A stretch of DNA of 64,000 nt from the NCBI RefSeq assembly GCF_009914755.1, contig NC_060928.1. One strand, written 5' to 3'. The notes under the pieces are model-generated. The model ran no database searches. It had not been told where the DNA came from and saw only the letters and a program-made list of their open reading frames with translations. Below are positions 26,569 to 40,339 of the stretch, piece by piece. The DNA is from the human T2T-CHM13v2.0 reference genome, Homo sapiens. The position numbers and the translations under genes were made by a program. How positions within the stretch are numbered: the stretch's first letter is position 1; every line of letters starts with the position of its first letter.

Positions 26569-28609
26569 CATTCTCAGAAACTTGTTTGTGATGTGTGTAT
26601 TCAACTAACAGAGTTGAACTTTTGTTTTTACAGAGCCGTTTTAAAACACTCTTTTTGTGGAATCAGAAAGTGGATATTCGGATGGCTCTGAGGATTTCGT
26701 TGGAAGCGGGATTACATATAAAATCTAGAGAGAAGCATTCTCAGGAACTTCTTTGTGATGTTTGCATTGAAGTCACAGAATTGAACATTCACTTTGATAG
26801 AGCAGGTTTGAAACACTCATTCTGTAGTATCTGGAAGTGGACATTTCAAGCGCTTTCAGGCCTATGGTGAGAAAGGAAATATCTTCGAATAAAAACTAGA
26901 CAGAAGCATCCTCAGAAACTTATTTGTGATGTGTGTCCTCAACTAACAGAGTTGAAACTTTGTTTTGATACAGCATTTTGGAAACACTCTTTTTGTAGAA
27001 TCTGCAGGTGGATATTTGGATAGCTTAGAGGGATTCGTTGGAAAGGGGATATCTTCATATAAAATCTAGACAGAAGCATTCTCAGAAACTTATTTGTGAT
27101 GTGTGTCCTCAACTAACAGAGTTGAACCTTGGTTTTGATACAGCATTTTGGAAACACTCCTTTTGTAGAATCTGCAGGTGGATATGTGGATAGCTCTGAA
27201 GATTTCGTTGGAAACGGGAATTTCTTCATATAAAATCAAACAGAAGCATTCTCAGAAACTTCTCAGTGATGTTTGCATTCAGCTCATGGAGTTGAACACT
27301 TCCTTTCATAGAGCCGGTTTGAAACACTCTTTCTGCACTACCTGGAAGAGGACATTTCGAGCGCTTTGAGTCCTATGGTGAAAAAGGAAATATCTTCTCA
27401 TAAAAACCAGAAAGAAGCATTCTCAGAAACTTCTTTGTGTTGTGTGTACTCATGTAACAGTGTTGAACCATCCTTTTGACAGAGCAGTTTTGAAACACTC
27501 TTTTTGTAGAATCTGCAAGTGGATATTTGGATAGCTTTGAGGATTTCGTTGGAAACGGGATGACATATAATATCTAGAGAGAAGCATACTCAGGAACTTC
27601 TTTGTGATGTTTGCATTCAAGTCACAGAATTGAACATTCCCTTTCATAGAGCAGGTTTGAAACACTCTTTCTCTAGTATCTGGAAGTGGGCATTTCAAGC
27701 GCTTTCAGGCCTATGGAGAGAAAGGAAATATCTTCAAATAAAAACTAGACAGAAGGATTCTCAGAAACTTATTTGTGATGTGTGTCCTAAACGAACACAG
27801 TTGAACCTTTGTTTAGATACAGCATTTTGGAAACACTCCTTTTGTAGGATCTGCAGGTGGATATTTGGATAGATTTTAAGATTTCGTTGGTAACGGGAGT
27901 TTCTTCATAGAAACTCAAGACAGATGCATTCTCAGAAACATCTCTGTGATGTTTGCATTCCACTCATAGAGTTGAAAACTTCCTTTCATAGAGCAGGTTT
28001 GAAACACTCTTTTTGTAATATTTGGAAGTGGACATTTGCAGCGCTTTGAGGCCTATGGTGAAAAAGGAAATATCTTCTCATAAAAACCAGAAACAAGCAT
28101 TCTCAGAAACTTCTTTTTGGTGTGTGTACTCAAGTAACAGAGTTGAACCTTCCTTTTGACACAGCAGTTTTGAAACAATCTTTTTGTAGAATCTGCAAGT
28201 GGATATTTGGATAGCTTTGAGGATTTCGTTGGAAACGGGATATCTTCATATAAAATCTAGACAGAAGCTTTCTCAGAAACTTCTTTGTGCTGTATGTCCT
28301 CAATTAACAGAGTTGAACCATTGCTTGGATACAGCATTTTGGAAACATTCCTTGAGTAGAATCTGCAAGTTGATATTTAGATAGATTTGAAGATTTCGTT
28401 GGAAAAGGGAATATCTCCATAGAAAATCTAGAGGGAAGCATTCTCAGAAACTGCTTTGTGATGTTTCCATTCAAGTCACAGAGTTGAATATTCCCTTTTA
28501 TAGAGCACGTTTGAAACACTCTTTCTGCACTATCTGGAAGTGGACATTTCGAGCGCTTTGAGGCCTATGGTGAAAAAGGAAATATCTTCCCATAAAAACT
28601 AGACAGAAG
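26569..28609 (+). repeat. U12: 12-mer variant (m1-m6, m7/m14 hybrid, m15-m19; 2,041 bp)
   Basis: Marker spacing 26595 to 28636 equals 3232 minus 1191; the chimeric ORF at 27630 crosses the junction. Confidence 0.93.
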
Positions 28610-31600
28610 CATTCTCAGAAACTTGTTTGTGATGTGTGTATTCAACTAACAGAGTTGAACTTTTGTTTTTACAGAGCCGTTTTAAAACACTCTTTTTGTG
28701 GAATCAGAAAGTGGATATTCGGATGGCTCTGAGGATTTCGTTGGAAGCGGGATTACATATAAAATCTAGAGAGAAGCATTCTCAGGAACTTCTTTGTGAT
28801 GTTTGCATTGAAGTCACAGAATTGAACATTCACTTTGATAGAGCAGGTTTGAAACACTCATTCTGTAGTATCTGGAAGTGGACATTTCAAGCGCTTTCAG
28901 GCCTATGGTGAGAAAGGAAATATCTTCGAATAAAAACTAGACAGAAGCATCCTCAGAAACTTATTTGTGATGTGTGTCCTCAACTAACAGAGTTGAAACT
29001 TTGTTTTGATACAGCATTTTGGAAACACTCTTTTTGTAGAATCTGCAGGTGGATATTTGGATAGCTTAGAGGGATTCGTTGGAAAGGGGATATCTTCATA
29101 TAAAATCTAGACAGAAGCATTCTCAGAAACTTATTTGTGATGTGTGTCCTCAACTAACAGAGTTGAACCTTGGTTTTGATACAGCATTTTGGAAACGCTC
29201 CTTTTGTAGAATCTGCAGGTGGATATGTGGATAGCTCTGAAGATTTCGTTGGAAACGGGAATTTCTTCATATAAAATCAAACAGAAGCATTCTCAGAAAC
29301 TTCTCAGTGATGTTTGCATTCAGCTCATGGAGTTGAACACTTCCTTTCATAGAGCCGGTTTGAAACACTCTTTCTGCACTACCTGGAAGAGGACATTTCG
29401 AGCGCTTTGAGTCCTATGGTGAAAAAGGAAATATCTTCTCATAAAAACCAGAAAGAAGCATTCTCAGAAACTTCTTTGTGTTGTGTGTACTCATGTAACA
29501 GTGTTGAACCATCCTTTTGACAGAGCAGTTTTGAAACACTCTTTTTGTAGAATCTGCAAGTGGATATTTGGATAGCTTTGAGGATTTCGTTGGAAACGGG
29601 ATGACATATAATATCTAGAGAGAAGCATACTCAGGAACTTCTTTGTGATGTTTGCATTCAAGTCACAGAATTGAACATTCCCTTTCATAGAGCAGGTTTG
29701 AAACACTCTTTCTCTAGTATCTGGAAGTGGGCATTTCAAGCGCTTTCAGGCCTATGGAGAGAAAGGAAATACCTTCAAATAAAAACTAGACAGAAGCATT
29801 CTCAGAAACTTATTTGTGATGTGTGTCCTCAACTAACAGAGTTGAACCTTTGTTTTGATACAGCATTTTGGAAACACTCCTTTTGTAGAATCTGCAGGTG
29901 GATATTTGGATAACTTTGAAGATTTCGTTGGAAACCGGAATATCTTCATATAAAATCAAGACAGAAGCATTCTCGGAAACATCTCTGTGATGTTTGCATT
30001 CAACTCAGTAGAGTTGAACACTTCCTTTCATAGAGCCGGTTTGAAACACTCTTTCTGCACTACCTGGAAGCGGACATTTCGAGTGCTTTGAGGCCTATGG
30101 TGAAAAAGGAAATATCTTCTCATAAAAACCAGAAAGAAGCATTCTCAGAAACTTCTTTGTGTTGTGTGTACTCAAGTAACAGTGTTGAACCTTCCTTTTG
30201 ACACAGCAGTTTTGAAACACTCTTTTGGTAGAATCTGCAAGTGGATATTTGGATAGCTTTGAGGATTTCGTTGGAAACGGGTTATCTTCATATAAAATCC
30301 AGACAGGAGCATTCTCAGAAACTTCTTTGTGCTGCATGTCCTCAATTCACAGAGCTGAACCTTTGTTTGGATACAGCATTTTGGAAACATTCCTTTAGTA
30401 GAATCTGCAAGTTGATATTTAGATAGCTTTGAAGATTTCGTTGGAAACGGGAATATCTTCATAGAAAATCTAGACGGAAGCATTCTCAGAAACTGCTTTG
30501 TGATGTTTGCATTCAAGTCACAGAGTTGAATATTCCCTTTTATAGAGTAGGTTTGAAACACTCTTTCGGCACTACCTGGAAGTGGATATTTCGAGCTCTT
30601 TGAGGCCTATGGTTAAAAGGAAATATCTTCCCATAAAAACTAGACAGAAGCCGTCTCAGAAACTTGTTTGTGATGTGTGTATTCAACTACCAGAGTTGAA
30701 CATTTCTGTTACAGAGCAATTTTAAAACACTCTTTTTGTGGAATCTGAAAGTGGATAATTGGATAGCTTTGTGGATTTCGTTGGAAACGGGATGACGTAT
30801 AAAATCTAGAGAGAAGCATTCTCAGGAACTTCTTTGTGATGTTTGCATTCAAGTCACAGAATTGAACATTCCTTTTCATAGTGCAGGTTTGAAACACTCT
30901 TTCTGTAGTATCTGGAAGTGGACATTTCAAGCGCTTTCAGGCCTACGGGGAGAAACGAAATATCTTCAAATAAAAACTAGACAGAAGGATTCTCAGAAAC
31001 TTATTTGTGATGTGTGTCCTAAACGAACACAGTTGAACCTTTGTTTAGATACAGCATTTTGGAAACACTCCTTTTGTAGGATCTGCAGGTGGATATTTGG
31101 ATAGATTTTAAGATTTCGTTGGAAACGGGAGTTTCTTCATAGAAACTCAAGACAGATGCATTCTCAGAAACATCTCTGTGATGTTTGCATTCCACTCATA
31201 GAGTTGAAAACTTCCTTTCATAGAGCAGGTTTGAAACACTCTTTTTGTAATATTTGGAAGTGGACATTTGCAGCGCTTTGAGGCCTATGGTGAAAAAGGA
31301 AATATCTTCTCATAAAAACCAGAAACAAGCATTCTCAGAAACTTCTTTTTGATGTGTGTACTCAAGTAACAGAGTTGAACCTTCCTTTTGACACAGCAGT
31401 TTTGAAACAATCTTTTTGTAGAATCTGCAAGTGGATATTTGGATAGCTTTGAGGATTTCGTTGGAAACGGGATATCTTCATATAAAATCTAGACAGAAGC
31501 ATTCTCAGAAACTTCTTTGTGCTGTATGTCCTCAATTAACAGAGTTGAACCATTGCTTGGATACAGCATTTTGGAAACATTCCTTGAGTAGAATCTGCAA

Positions 31601-31841
31601 GTTGATATTGAGATAGATTTGAAGATTTCGTTGGAAAAGGGAATATCTCCATATAAAATCTAGACGGAAGCATTCTCAGAAACTGCTTTGTGATGTTTCC
31701 ATTCAAGTCACAGAGTTGAATATTCCCTTTTATAGAGCACGTTTGAAACACTCTTTCTGCACTATCTGGAAGTGGACATTTCGAGCGCTTTGAGGCCTAT
31801 GGTGAAAAAGGAAATATCTTCCCATAAAAATTAGACAGAAG
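28610..31841 (+). repeat. U13: 19-mer HOR, mosaic (left part like U10, right part like U3)
   Basis: 3,232-bp spacing; G29197 and A29629, then T30084, C30956, G31610. Confidence 0.93.
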
Positions 31842-32858
31842 CATTCTCAGAAACTTGTTTGTGATGTGTGTATTCAACTAACAGAGTTGAACTTTTGTTT
31901 TTACAGAGCCGTTTTAAAACACTCTTTTTGTGGAATCAGAAAGTGGATATTCGGATGGCTCTGAGGATTTCGTTGGAAGCGGGATTACATATAAAATCTA
32001 GAGAGAAGCATTCTCAGGAACTTCTTTGTGATGTTTGCATTGAAGTCACAGAATTGAACATTCACTTTGATAGAGCAGGTTTGAAACACTCATTCTGTAG
32101 TATCTGGAAGTGGACATTTCAAGCGCTTTCAGGCCTATGGTGAGAAAGGAAATATCTTCGAATAAAAACTAGACAGAAGCATCCTCAGAAACTTATTTGT
32201 GATGTGTGTCCTCAACTAACAGAGTTGAAACTTTGTTTTGATACAGCATTTTGGAAACACTCCTTTTGTAGAATCTGCAGGTGGATATGTGGATAGCTCT
32301 GAAGATTTCGTTGGAAACGGGAATTTCTTCATATAAAATCAAACAGAAGCATTCTCAGAAACTTCTCAGTGATGTTTGCATTCAGCTCATGGAGTTGAAC
32401 ACTTCCTTTCATAGAGCCGGTTTGAAACACTCTTTCTGCACTACCTGGAAGAGGCCATTTCGAGCGCTTTGAGTCCTATGGTGAAAAAGGAAATATCTTC
32501 TCATAAAAACCAGAAAGAAGCATTCTCAGAAACTTCTTTGTGTTGTGTGTACTCATGTAACAGTGTTGAACCATCCTTTTGACAGAGCAGTTTTGAAACA
32601 CTCTTTTTGTAGAATCTGCAAGTGGATATTTGGATAGCTTTGAGGATTTCGTTGGAAACGGGATGACATATAATATCTAGAGAGAAGCATTCTCAGGAAC
32701 TTCTTTGTGCTGTTTGCATTCAAGTCACAGAATTGAACATTCCCTTTCATAGTGCAGATTTGAAACACTCTTTCTCTAGTATCTGGAAGTGGGCATTTCA
32801 AGCGCTTTCAGGCCTATTGAGAGAAAGGAAATACCTTCAAATAAAAACTAGACAGAAG
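31842..32858 (+). repeat. U14: 6-mer variant (U4 type)
   Basis: 1,017-bp spacing; shares U4 SNPs. Confidence 0.93.
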
Positions 32859-35800
32859 CATTCTCAGAAACTTGTTTGTGATGTGTGTATTCAACTAACA
32901 GAGTTGAACTTTTGTTTTTACAGAGCCGTTTTAAAACACTCTTTTTGTGGAATCAGAAAGTGGATATTCGGATGGCTCTGAGGATTTCGTTGGAAGCGGG
33001 ATTACATATAAAATCTAGAGAGAAGCATTCTCAGGAACTTCTTTGTGATGTTTGCATTGAAGTCACAGAATTGAACATTCACTTTGATAGAGCAGGTTTG
33101 AAACACTCATTCTGTAGTATCTGGAAGTGGACATTTCAAGCGCTTTCAGGCCTATGGTGAAAAAGGAAATATCTTCGAATAAAAACTAGACAGAAGCATC
33201 CTCAGAAACTTATTTGTGATGTGTGTCCTCAACTAACAGAGTTGAAACTTTGTTTTGATACAGCATTTTGGAAACACTCTTTTTGTAGAATCTGCAGGTG
33301 GATATTTGGATAGCTTAGAGGGATTCGTTGGAAAGGGGATATCTTCATATAAAATCTAGACAGAAGCATTCTCAGAAACTTATTTGTGATGTGTGTCCTC
33401 AACTAACAGAGTTGAACCTTGGTTTTGATACAGCATTTTGGAAACACTCCTTTTGTAGAATCTGCAGGTGGATATGTGGATAGCTCTGAAGATTTCGTTG
33501 GAAACGGGAATTTCTTCATATAAAATCAAACAGAAGCATTCTCAGAAACTTCTCAGTGATGTTTGCATTCAGCTCATGGAGTTGAACACTTCCTTTCATA
33601 GAGCCGGTTTGAAACACTCTTTCTGCACTACCTGGAAGAGGACATTTCGAGCGCTTTGAGTCCTATGGTGAAAAAGGAAATATCTTCTCATAAAAACCAG
33701 AAAGAAGCATTCTCAGAAACTTCTTTGTGTTGTGTGTACTCATGTAACAGTGTTGAACCATCCTTTTGACAGAGCAGTTTTGAAACACTCTTTTTGTAGA
33801 ATCTGCAAGTGGATATTTGGATAGCTTTGAGGATTTCGTTGGAAACGGGATGACATATAATATCTAGAGAGAAGCATTCTCAGGAACTTCTTTGTGATGT
33901 TTGCATTCAAGTCACAGAATTGAACATTCCCTTTCATAGAGCAGGTTTGAAACACTCTTTCTCTAGTATCTGGAAGTGGGCATTTCAAGCGCTTTCAGGC
34001 CTATGGAGAGAAAGGAAATACCTTCAAATAAAAACTAGACAGAAGCATTCTCAGAAACTTATTTGTGATGTGTGTCCTCAACTAACAGAGTTGAACCTTT
34101 GTTTTGATACAGCATTTTGGAAACACTCCTTTTGTAGAATCTGCAGGTGGATATTTGGATAACTTTGAAGATTTCGTTGGAAACCGGAATATCTTCATAT
34201 AAAATCAAGACAGAAGCATTCTCGGAAACATCTCTGTGATGTTTGCATTCAACTCAGTAGAGTTGAACACTTCCTTTCATAGAGCCGGTTTGAAACACTC
34301 TTTCTGCACTACCTGGAAGCGGACATTTCGAGCGCTTTGAGGCCTATGGTGAAAAAGGAAATAGCTTCTCATAAAAACCAGAAAGAAGCATTCTCAGAAA
34401 CTTCTTTGTGTTGTGTGTACTCAAGTAACAGTGTTGAACCTTCCTTTTGACACAGCAGTTTTGAAACACTCTTTTGGTAGAATCTGCAAGTGGATATTTG
34501 GATAGCTTTGAGGATTTCGTTGGAAACGGGTTATCTTCATATAAAATCCAGACAGGAGCATTCTCAGAAACTTCTTTGTGCTGCATGTCCTCAATTCACA
34601 GAGCTGAACCTTTGTTTGGATACAGCATTTTGGAAACATTCCTTTAGTAGAATCTGCAAGTTGATATTTAGATAGCTTTGAAGATTTCGTTGGAAACGGG
34701 AATATCTTCATAGAAAATCTAGACGGAAGCATTCTCAGAAACTGCTTTGTGATGTTTGCATTCAAGTCACAGAGTTGAATATTCCCTTTTATAGAGTAGG
34801 TTTGAAACACTCTTTCGGCACTACCTGGAAGTGGATATTTCGAGCTCTTTGAGGCCTATGGTTAAAAGGAAATATCTTCCCATAAAAACTAGACAGAAGC
34901 CGTCTCAGAAACTTGTTTGTGATGTGTGTATTCAACTACCAGAGTTGAACATTTCTGTTACAGAGCAATTTTAAAACACTCTTTTTGTGGAATCTGAAAG
35001 TGGATAATTGGATAGCTTTGTGGATTTCGTTGGAAACGGGATGACGTATAAAATCTAGAGAGAAGCATTCTCAGGAACTTCTTTGTGATGTTTGCATTCA
35101 AGTCACAGAATTGAACATTCCTTTTCATAGTGCAGGTTTGAAACACTCTTTCTGTAGTATCTGGAAGTGGACATTTCAAGCGCTTTCAGGCCTACGGGGA
35201 GAAAGGAAATATCTTCAAATAAAAACTAGACAGAAGGATTCTCAGAAACTTATTTGTGATGTGTGTCCTAAACGAACACAGTTGAACCTTTGTTTAGATA
35301 CAGCATTTTGGAAACACTCCTTTTGTAGGATCTGCAGGTGGATATTTGGATAGATTTTAAGATTTCGTTGGAAACGGGAGTTTCTTCATAGAAACTCAAG
35401 ACAGATGCATTCTCAGAAACATCTCTGTGATGTTTGCATTCCACTCATAGAGTTGAAAACTTCCTTTCATAGAGCAGGTTTGAAACACTCTTTTTGTAAT
35501 ATTTGGAAGTGGACATTTGCAGCGCTTTGAGGCCTATGGTGAAAAAGGAAATATCTTCTCATAAAAACCAGAAACAAGCATTCTCAGAAACTTCTTTTTG
35601 ATGTGTGTACTCAAATAACAGAGTTGAACCTTCCTTTTGACACAGCAGTTTTGAAACAATCTTTTTGTAGAATCTGCAAGTGGATATTTGGATAGCTTTG
35701 AGGATTTCGTTGGAAACGGGATATCTTCATATAAAATCTAGACAGAAGCATTCTCAGAAACTTCTTTGTGCTGTATGTCCTCAATTAACAGAGTTGAACC

Positions 35801-36090
35801 ATTGCTTGGATACAGCATTTTGGAAACATTCCTTGAGTAGAATCTGCAAGTTGATATTGAGATAGATTTGAAGATTTCGTTGGAAAAGGGAATATCTCCA
35901 TATAAAATCTAGACGGAAGCATTCTCAGAAACTGCTTTGTGATGTTTCCATTCAAGTCACAGAGTTGAATATTCCCTTTTATAGAGCACGTTTGAAACAC
36001 TCTTTCTGCACTATCTGGAAGTGGACATTTCGAGCGCTTTGAGGCCTATGGTGAAAAAGGAAATATCTTCCCATAAAAATTAGACAGAAG
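32859..36090 (+). repeat. U15: 19-mer HOR (U5 type)
   Basis: 3,232-bp spacing; G34364. Confidence 0.95.
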
Positions 36091-37107
36091 CATTCTCAGA
36101 AACTTGTTTGTGATGTGTGTATTCAACTAACAGAGTTGAACTTTTGTTTTTACAGAGCCGTTTTAAAACACTCTTTTTGTGGAATCAGAAAGTGGATATT
36201 CGGATGGCTCTGAGGATTTCGTTGGAAGCGGGATTACATATAAAATCTAGAGAGAAGCATTCTCAGGAACTTCTTTGTGATGTTTGCATTGAAGTCACAG
36301 AATTGAACATTCACTTTGATAGAGCAGGTTTGAAACACTCATTCTGTAGTATCTGGAAGTGGACATTTCAAGCGCTTTCAGGCCTATGGTGAAAAAGGAA
36401 ATATCTTCGAATAAAAACTAGACAGAAGCATCCTCAGAAACTTATTTGTGATGTGTGTCCTCAACTAACAGAGTTGAAACTTTGTTTTGATACAGCATTT
36501 TGGAAACACTCCTTTTGTAGAATCTGCAGGTGGATATGTGGATAGCTCTGAAGATTTCGTTGGAAACGGGAATTTCTTCATATAAAATCAAACAGAAGCA
36601 TTCTCAGAAACTTCTCAGTGATGTTTGCATTCAGCTCATGGAGTTGAACACTTCCTTTCATAGAGCCGGTTTGAAACACTCTTTCTGCACTACCTGGAAG
36701 AGGACATTTCGAGCGCTTTGAGTCCTATGGTGAAAAAGGAAATATCTTCTCATAAAAACCAGAAAGAAGCATTCTCAGAAACTTCTTTGTGTTGTGTGTA
36801 CTCATGTAACAGTGTTGAACCATCCTTTTGACAGAGCAGTTTTGAAACACTCTTTTTGTAGAATCTGCAAGTGGATATTTGGATAGCTTTGAGGATTTCG
36901 TTGGAAACGGGATGACATATAATATCTAGAGAGAAGCATTCTCAGGAACTTCTTTGTGCTGTTTGCATTCAAGTCACAGAATTGAACATTCCCTTTCATA
37001 GAGCAGATTTGAAACACTCTTTCTCTAGTATCTGGAAGTGGGCATTTCAAGCGCTTTCAGGCCTATTGAGAGAAAGGAAATACCTTCAAATAAAAACTAG
37101 ACAGAAG
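36091..37107 (+). repeat. U16: 6-mer variant (U6 type)
   Basis: 1,017-bp spacing; shares U6 SNPs. Confidence 0.93.
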
Positions 37108-40100
37108 CATTCTCAGAAACTTGTTTGTGATGTGTGTATTCAACTAACAGAGTTGAACTTTTGTTTTTACAGAGCCGTTTTAAAACACTCTTTTTGTGGA
37201 ATCAGAAAGTGGATATTCGGATGGCTCTGAGGATTTCGTTGGAAGCGGGATTACATATAAAATCTAGAGAGAAGCATTCTCAGGAACTTCTTTGTGATGT
37301 TTGCATTGAAGTCACAGAATTGAACATTCACTTTGATAGAGCAGGTTTGAAACACTCATTCTGTAGTATCTGGAAGTGGACATTTCAAGCGCTTTCAGGC
37401 CTATGGTGAGAAAGGAAATATCTTCGAATAAAAACTAGACAGAAGCATCCTCAGAAACTTATTTGTGATGTGTGTCCTCAACTAACAGAGTTGAAACTTT
37501 GTTTTGATACAGCATTTTGGAAACACTCTTTTTGTAGAATCTGCAGGTGGATATTTGGATAGCTTAGAGGGATTCGTTGGAAAGGGGATATCTTCATATA
37601 AAATCTAGACAGAAGCATTCTCAGAAACTTATTTGTGATGTGTGTCCTCAACTAACAGAGTTGAACCTTGGTTTTGATACAGCATTTTGGAAACACTCCT
37701 TTTGTAGAATCTGCAGGTGGATATGTGGATAGCTCTGAAGATTTCGTTGGAAACGGGAATTTCTTCATATAAAATCAAACAGAAGCATTCTCAGAAACTT
37801 CTCAGTGATGTTTGCATTCAGCTCATGGAGTTGAACACTTCCTTTCATAGAGCCGGTTTGAAACACTCTTTCTGCACTACCTGGAAGAGGACATTTCGAG
37901 CGCTTTGAGTCCTATGGTGAAAAAGGAAATATCTTCTCATAAAAACCAGAAAGAAGCATTCTCAGAAACTTCTTTGTGTTGTGTGTACTCATGTAACAGT
38001 GTTGAACCATCCTTTTGACAGAGCAGTTTTGAAACACTCTTTTTGTAGAATCTGCAAGTGGATATTTGGATAGCTTTGAGGATTTCGTTGGAAACGGGAT
38101 GACATATAATATCTAGAGAGAAGCATTCTCAGGAACTTCTTTGTGATGTTTGCATTCAAGTCACAGAATTGAACATTCCCTTTCATAGAGCAGGTTTGAA
38201 ACACTCTTTCTCTAGTATCTGGAAGTGGGCATTTCAAGCGCTTTCAGGCCTATGGAGAGAAAGGAAATACCTTCAAATAAAAACTAGACAGAAGCATTCT
38301 CAGAAACTTATTTGTGATGTGTGTCCTCAACTAACAGAGTTGAACCTTTGTTTTGATACAGCATTTTGGAAACACTCCTTTTGTAGAATCTGCAGGTGGA
38401 TATTTGGATAACTTTGAAGATTTCGTTGGAAACCGGAATATCTTCATATAAAATCAAGACAGAAGCATTCTCGGAAACATCTCTGTGATGTTTGCATTCA
38501 ACTCAGTAGAGTTGAACACTTCCTTTCATAGAGCAGGTTTGAAACACTCTTTCTGCACTACCTGGAAGCGGACATTTCGAGCGCTTTGAGGCCTATGGTG
38601 AAAAAGGAAATATCTTCTCATAAAAACCAGAAAGAAGCATTCTCAGAAACTTCTTTGTGTAGTGTGTACTCAAGTAACAGTGTTGAACCTTCCTTTTGAC
38701 ACAGCAGTTTTGAAACACTCTTTTGGTAGAATCTGCAAGTGGATATTTGGATAGCTTTGAGGATTTCGTTGGAAACGGGTTATCTTCATATAAAATCCAG
38801 ACAGGAGCATTCTCAGAAACTTCTTTGTGCTGCATGTCCTCAATTCACAGAGCTGAACCTTTGTTTGGATACAGCATTTTGGAAACATTCCTTTAGTAGA
38901 ATCTGCAAGTTGATATTTAGATAGCTTTGAAGATTTCGTTGGAAACGGGAATATCTTCATAGAAAATCTAGACGGAAGCATTCTCAGAAACTGCTTTGTG
39001 ATGTTTGCATTCAAGTCACAGAGTTGAATATTCCCTTTTATAGAGTAGGTTTGAAACACTCTTTCGGCACTACCTGGAAGTGGATATTTCGAGCTCTTTG
39101 AGGCCTATGGTTAAAAGGAAATATCTTCCCATAAAAACTAGACAGAAGCCGTCTCAGAAACTTGTTTGTGATGTGTGTATTCAACTACCAGAGTTGAACA
39201 TTTCTGTTACAGAGCAATTTTAAAACACTCTTTTTGTGGAATCTGAAAGTGGATAATTGGATAGCTTTGTGGATTTCGTTGGAAACGGGATGACGTATAA
39301 AATCTAGAGAGAAGCATTCTCAGGAACTTCTTTGTGATGTTTGCATTCAAGTCACAGAATTGAACATTCCTTTTCATAGTGCAGGTTTGAAACACTCTTT
39401 CTGTAGTATCTGGAAGTGGACATTTCAAGCGCTTTCAGGCCTACGGGGAGAAAGGAAATATCTTCAAATAAAAACTAGACAGAAGGATTCTCAGAAACTT
39501 ATTTGTGATGTGTGTCCTAAACGAACACAGTTGAACCTTTGTTTTGATACAGCATTTTGGAAACACTCCTTTTGTAGGATCTGCAGGTGGATATTTGGAT
39601 AGATTTTAAGATTTCGTTGGAAACGGGAGTTTCTTCATAGAAACTCAAGACAGATGCATTCTCAGAAACATCTCTGTGATGTTTGCATTCCACTCATAGA
39701 GTTGAAAACTTCCTTTCATAGAGCAGGTTTGAAACACTCTTTTTGTAATATTTGGAAGTGGACATTTGCAGCGCTTTGAGGCCTATGGTGAAAAAGGAAA
39801 TATCTTCTCATAAAAACCAGAAACAAGCATTCTCAGAAACTTCTTTTTGATGTGTGTACTCAAGTAACAGAGTTGAACCTTCCTTTTGACACAGCAGTTT
39901 TGAAACAATCTTTTTGTAGAATCTGCAAGTGGATATTTGGATAGCTTTGAGGATTTCGTTGGAAACGGGATATCTTCATATAAAATCTAGACAGAAGCAT
40001 TCTCAGAAACTTCTTTGTGCTGTATGTCCTCAATTAACAGAGTTGAACCATTGCTTGGATACAGCATTTTGGAAACATTCCTTGAGTAGAATCTGCAAGT

Positions 40101-40339
40101 TGATATTTAGATAGATTTGAAGATTTCGTTGGAAAAGGGAATATCTCCATATAAAATCTAGAGGGAAGCATTCTCAGAAACTGCTTTGTGATGTTTCCAT
40201 TCAAGTCACAGAGTTGAATATTCCCTTTTATAGAGCACGTTTGAAACACTGTTTCTGCACTATCTGGAAGTGGACATTTCGAGCGCTTTGAGGCCTATGG
40301 TGAAAAAGGAAATATCTTCCCATAAAAACTAGACAGAAG
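37108..40339 (+). repeat. U17: 19-mer HOR (U7 type)
   Basis: 3,232-bp spacing; A38661, G40251. Confidence 0.95.
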
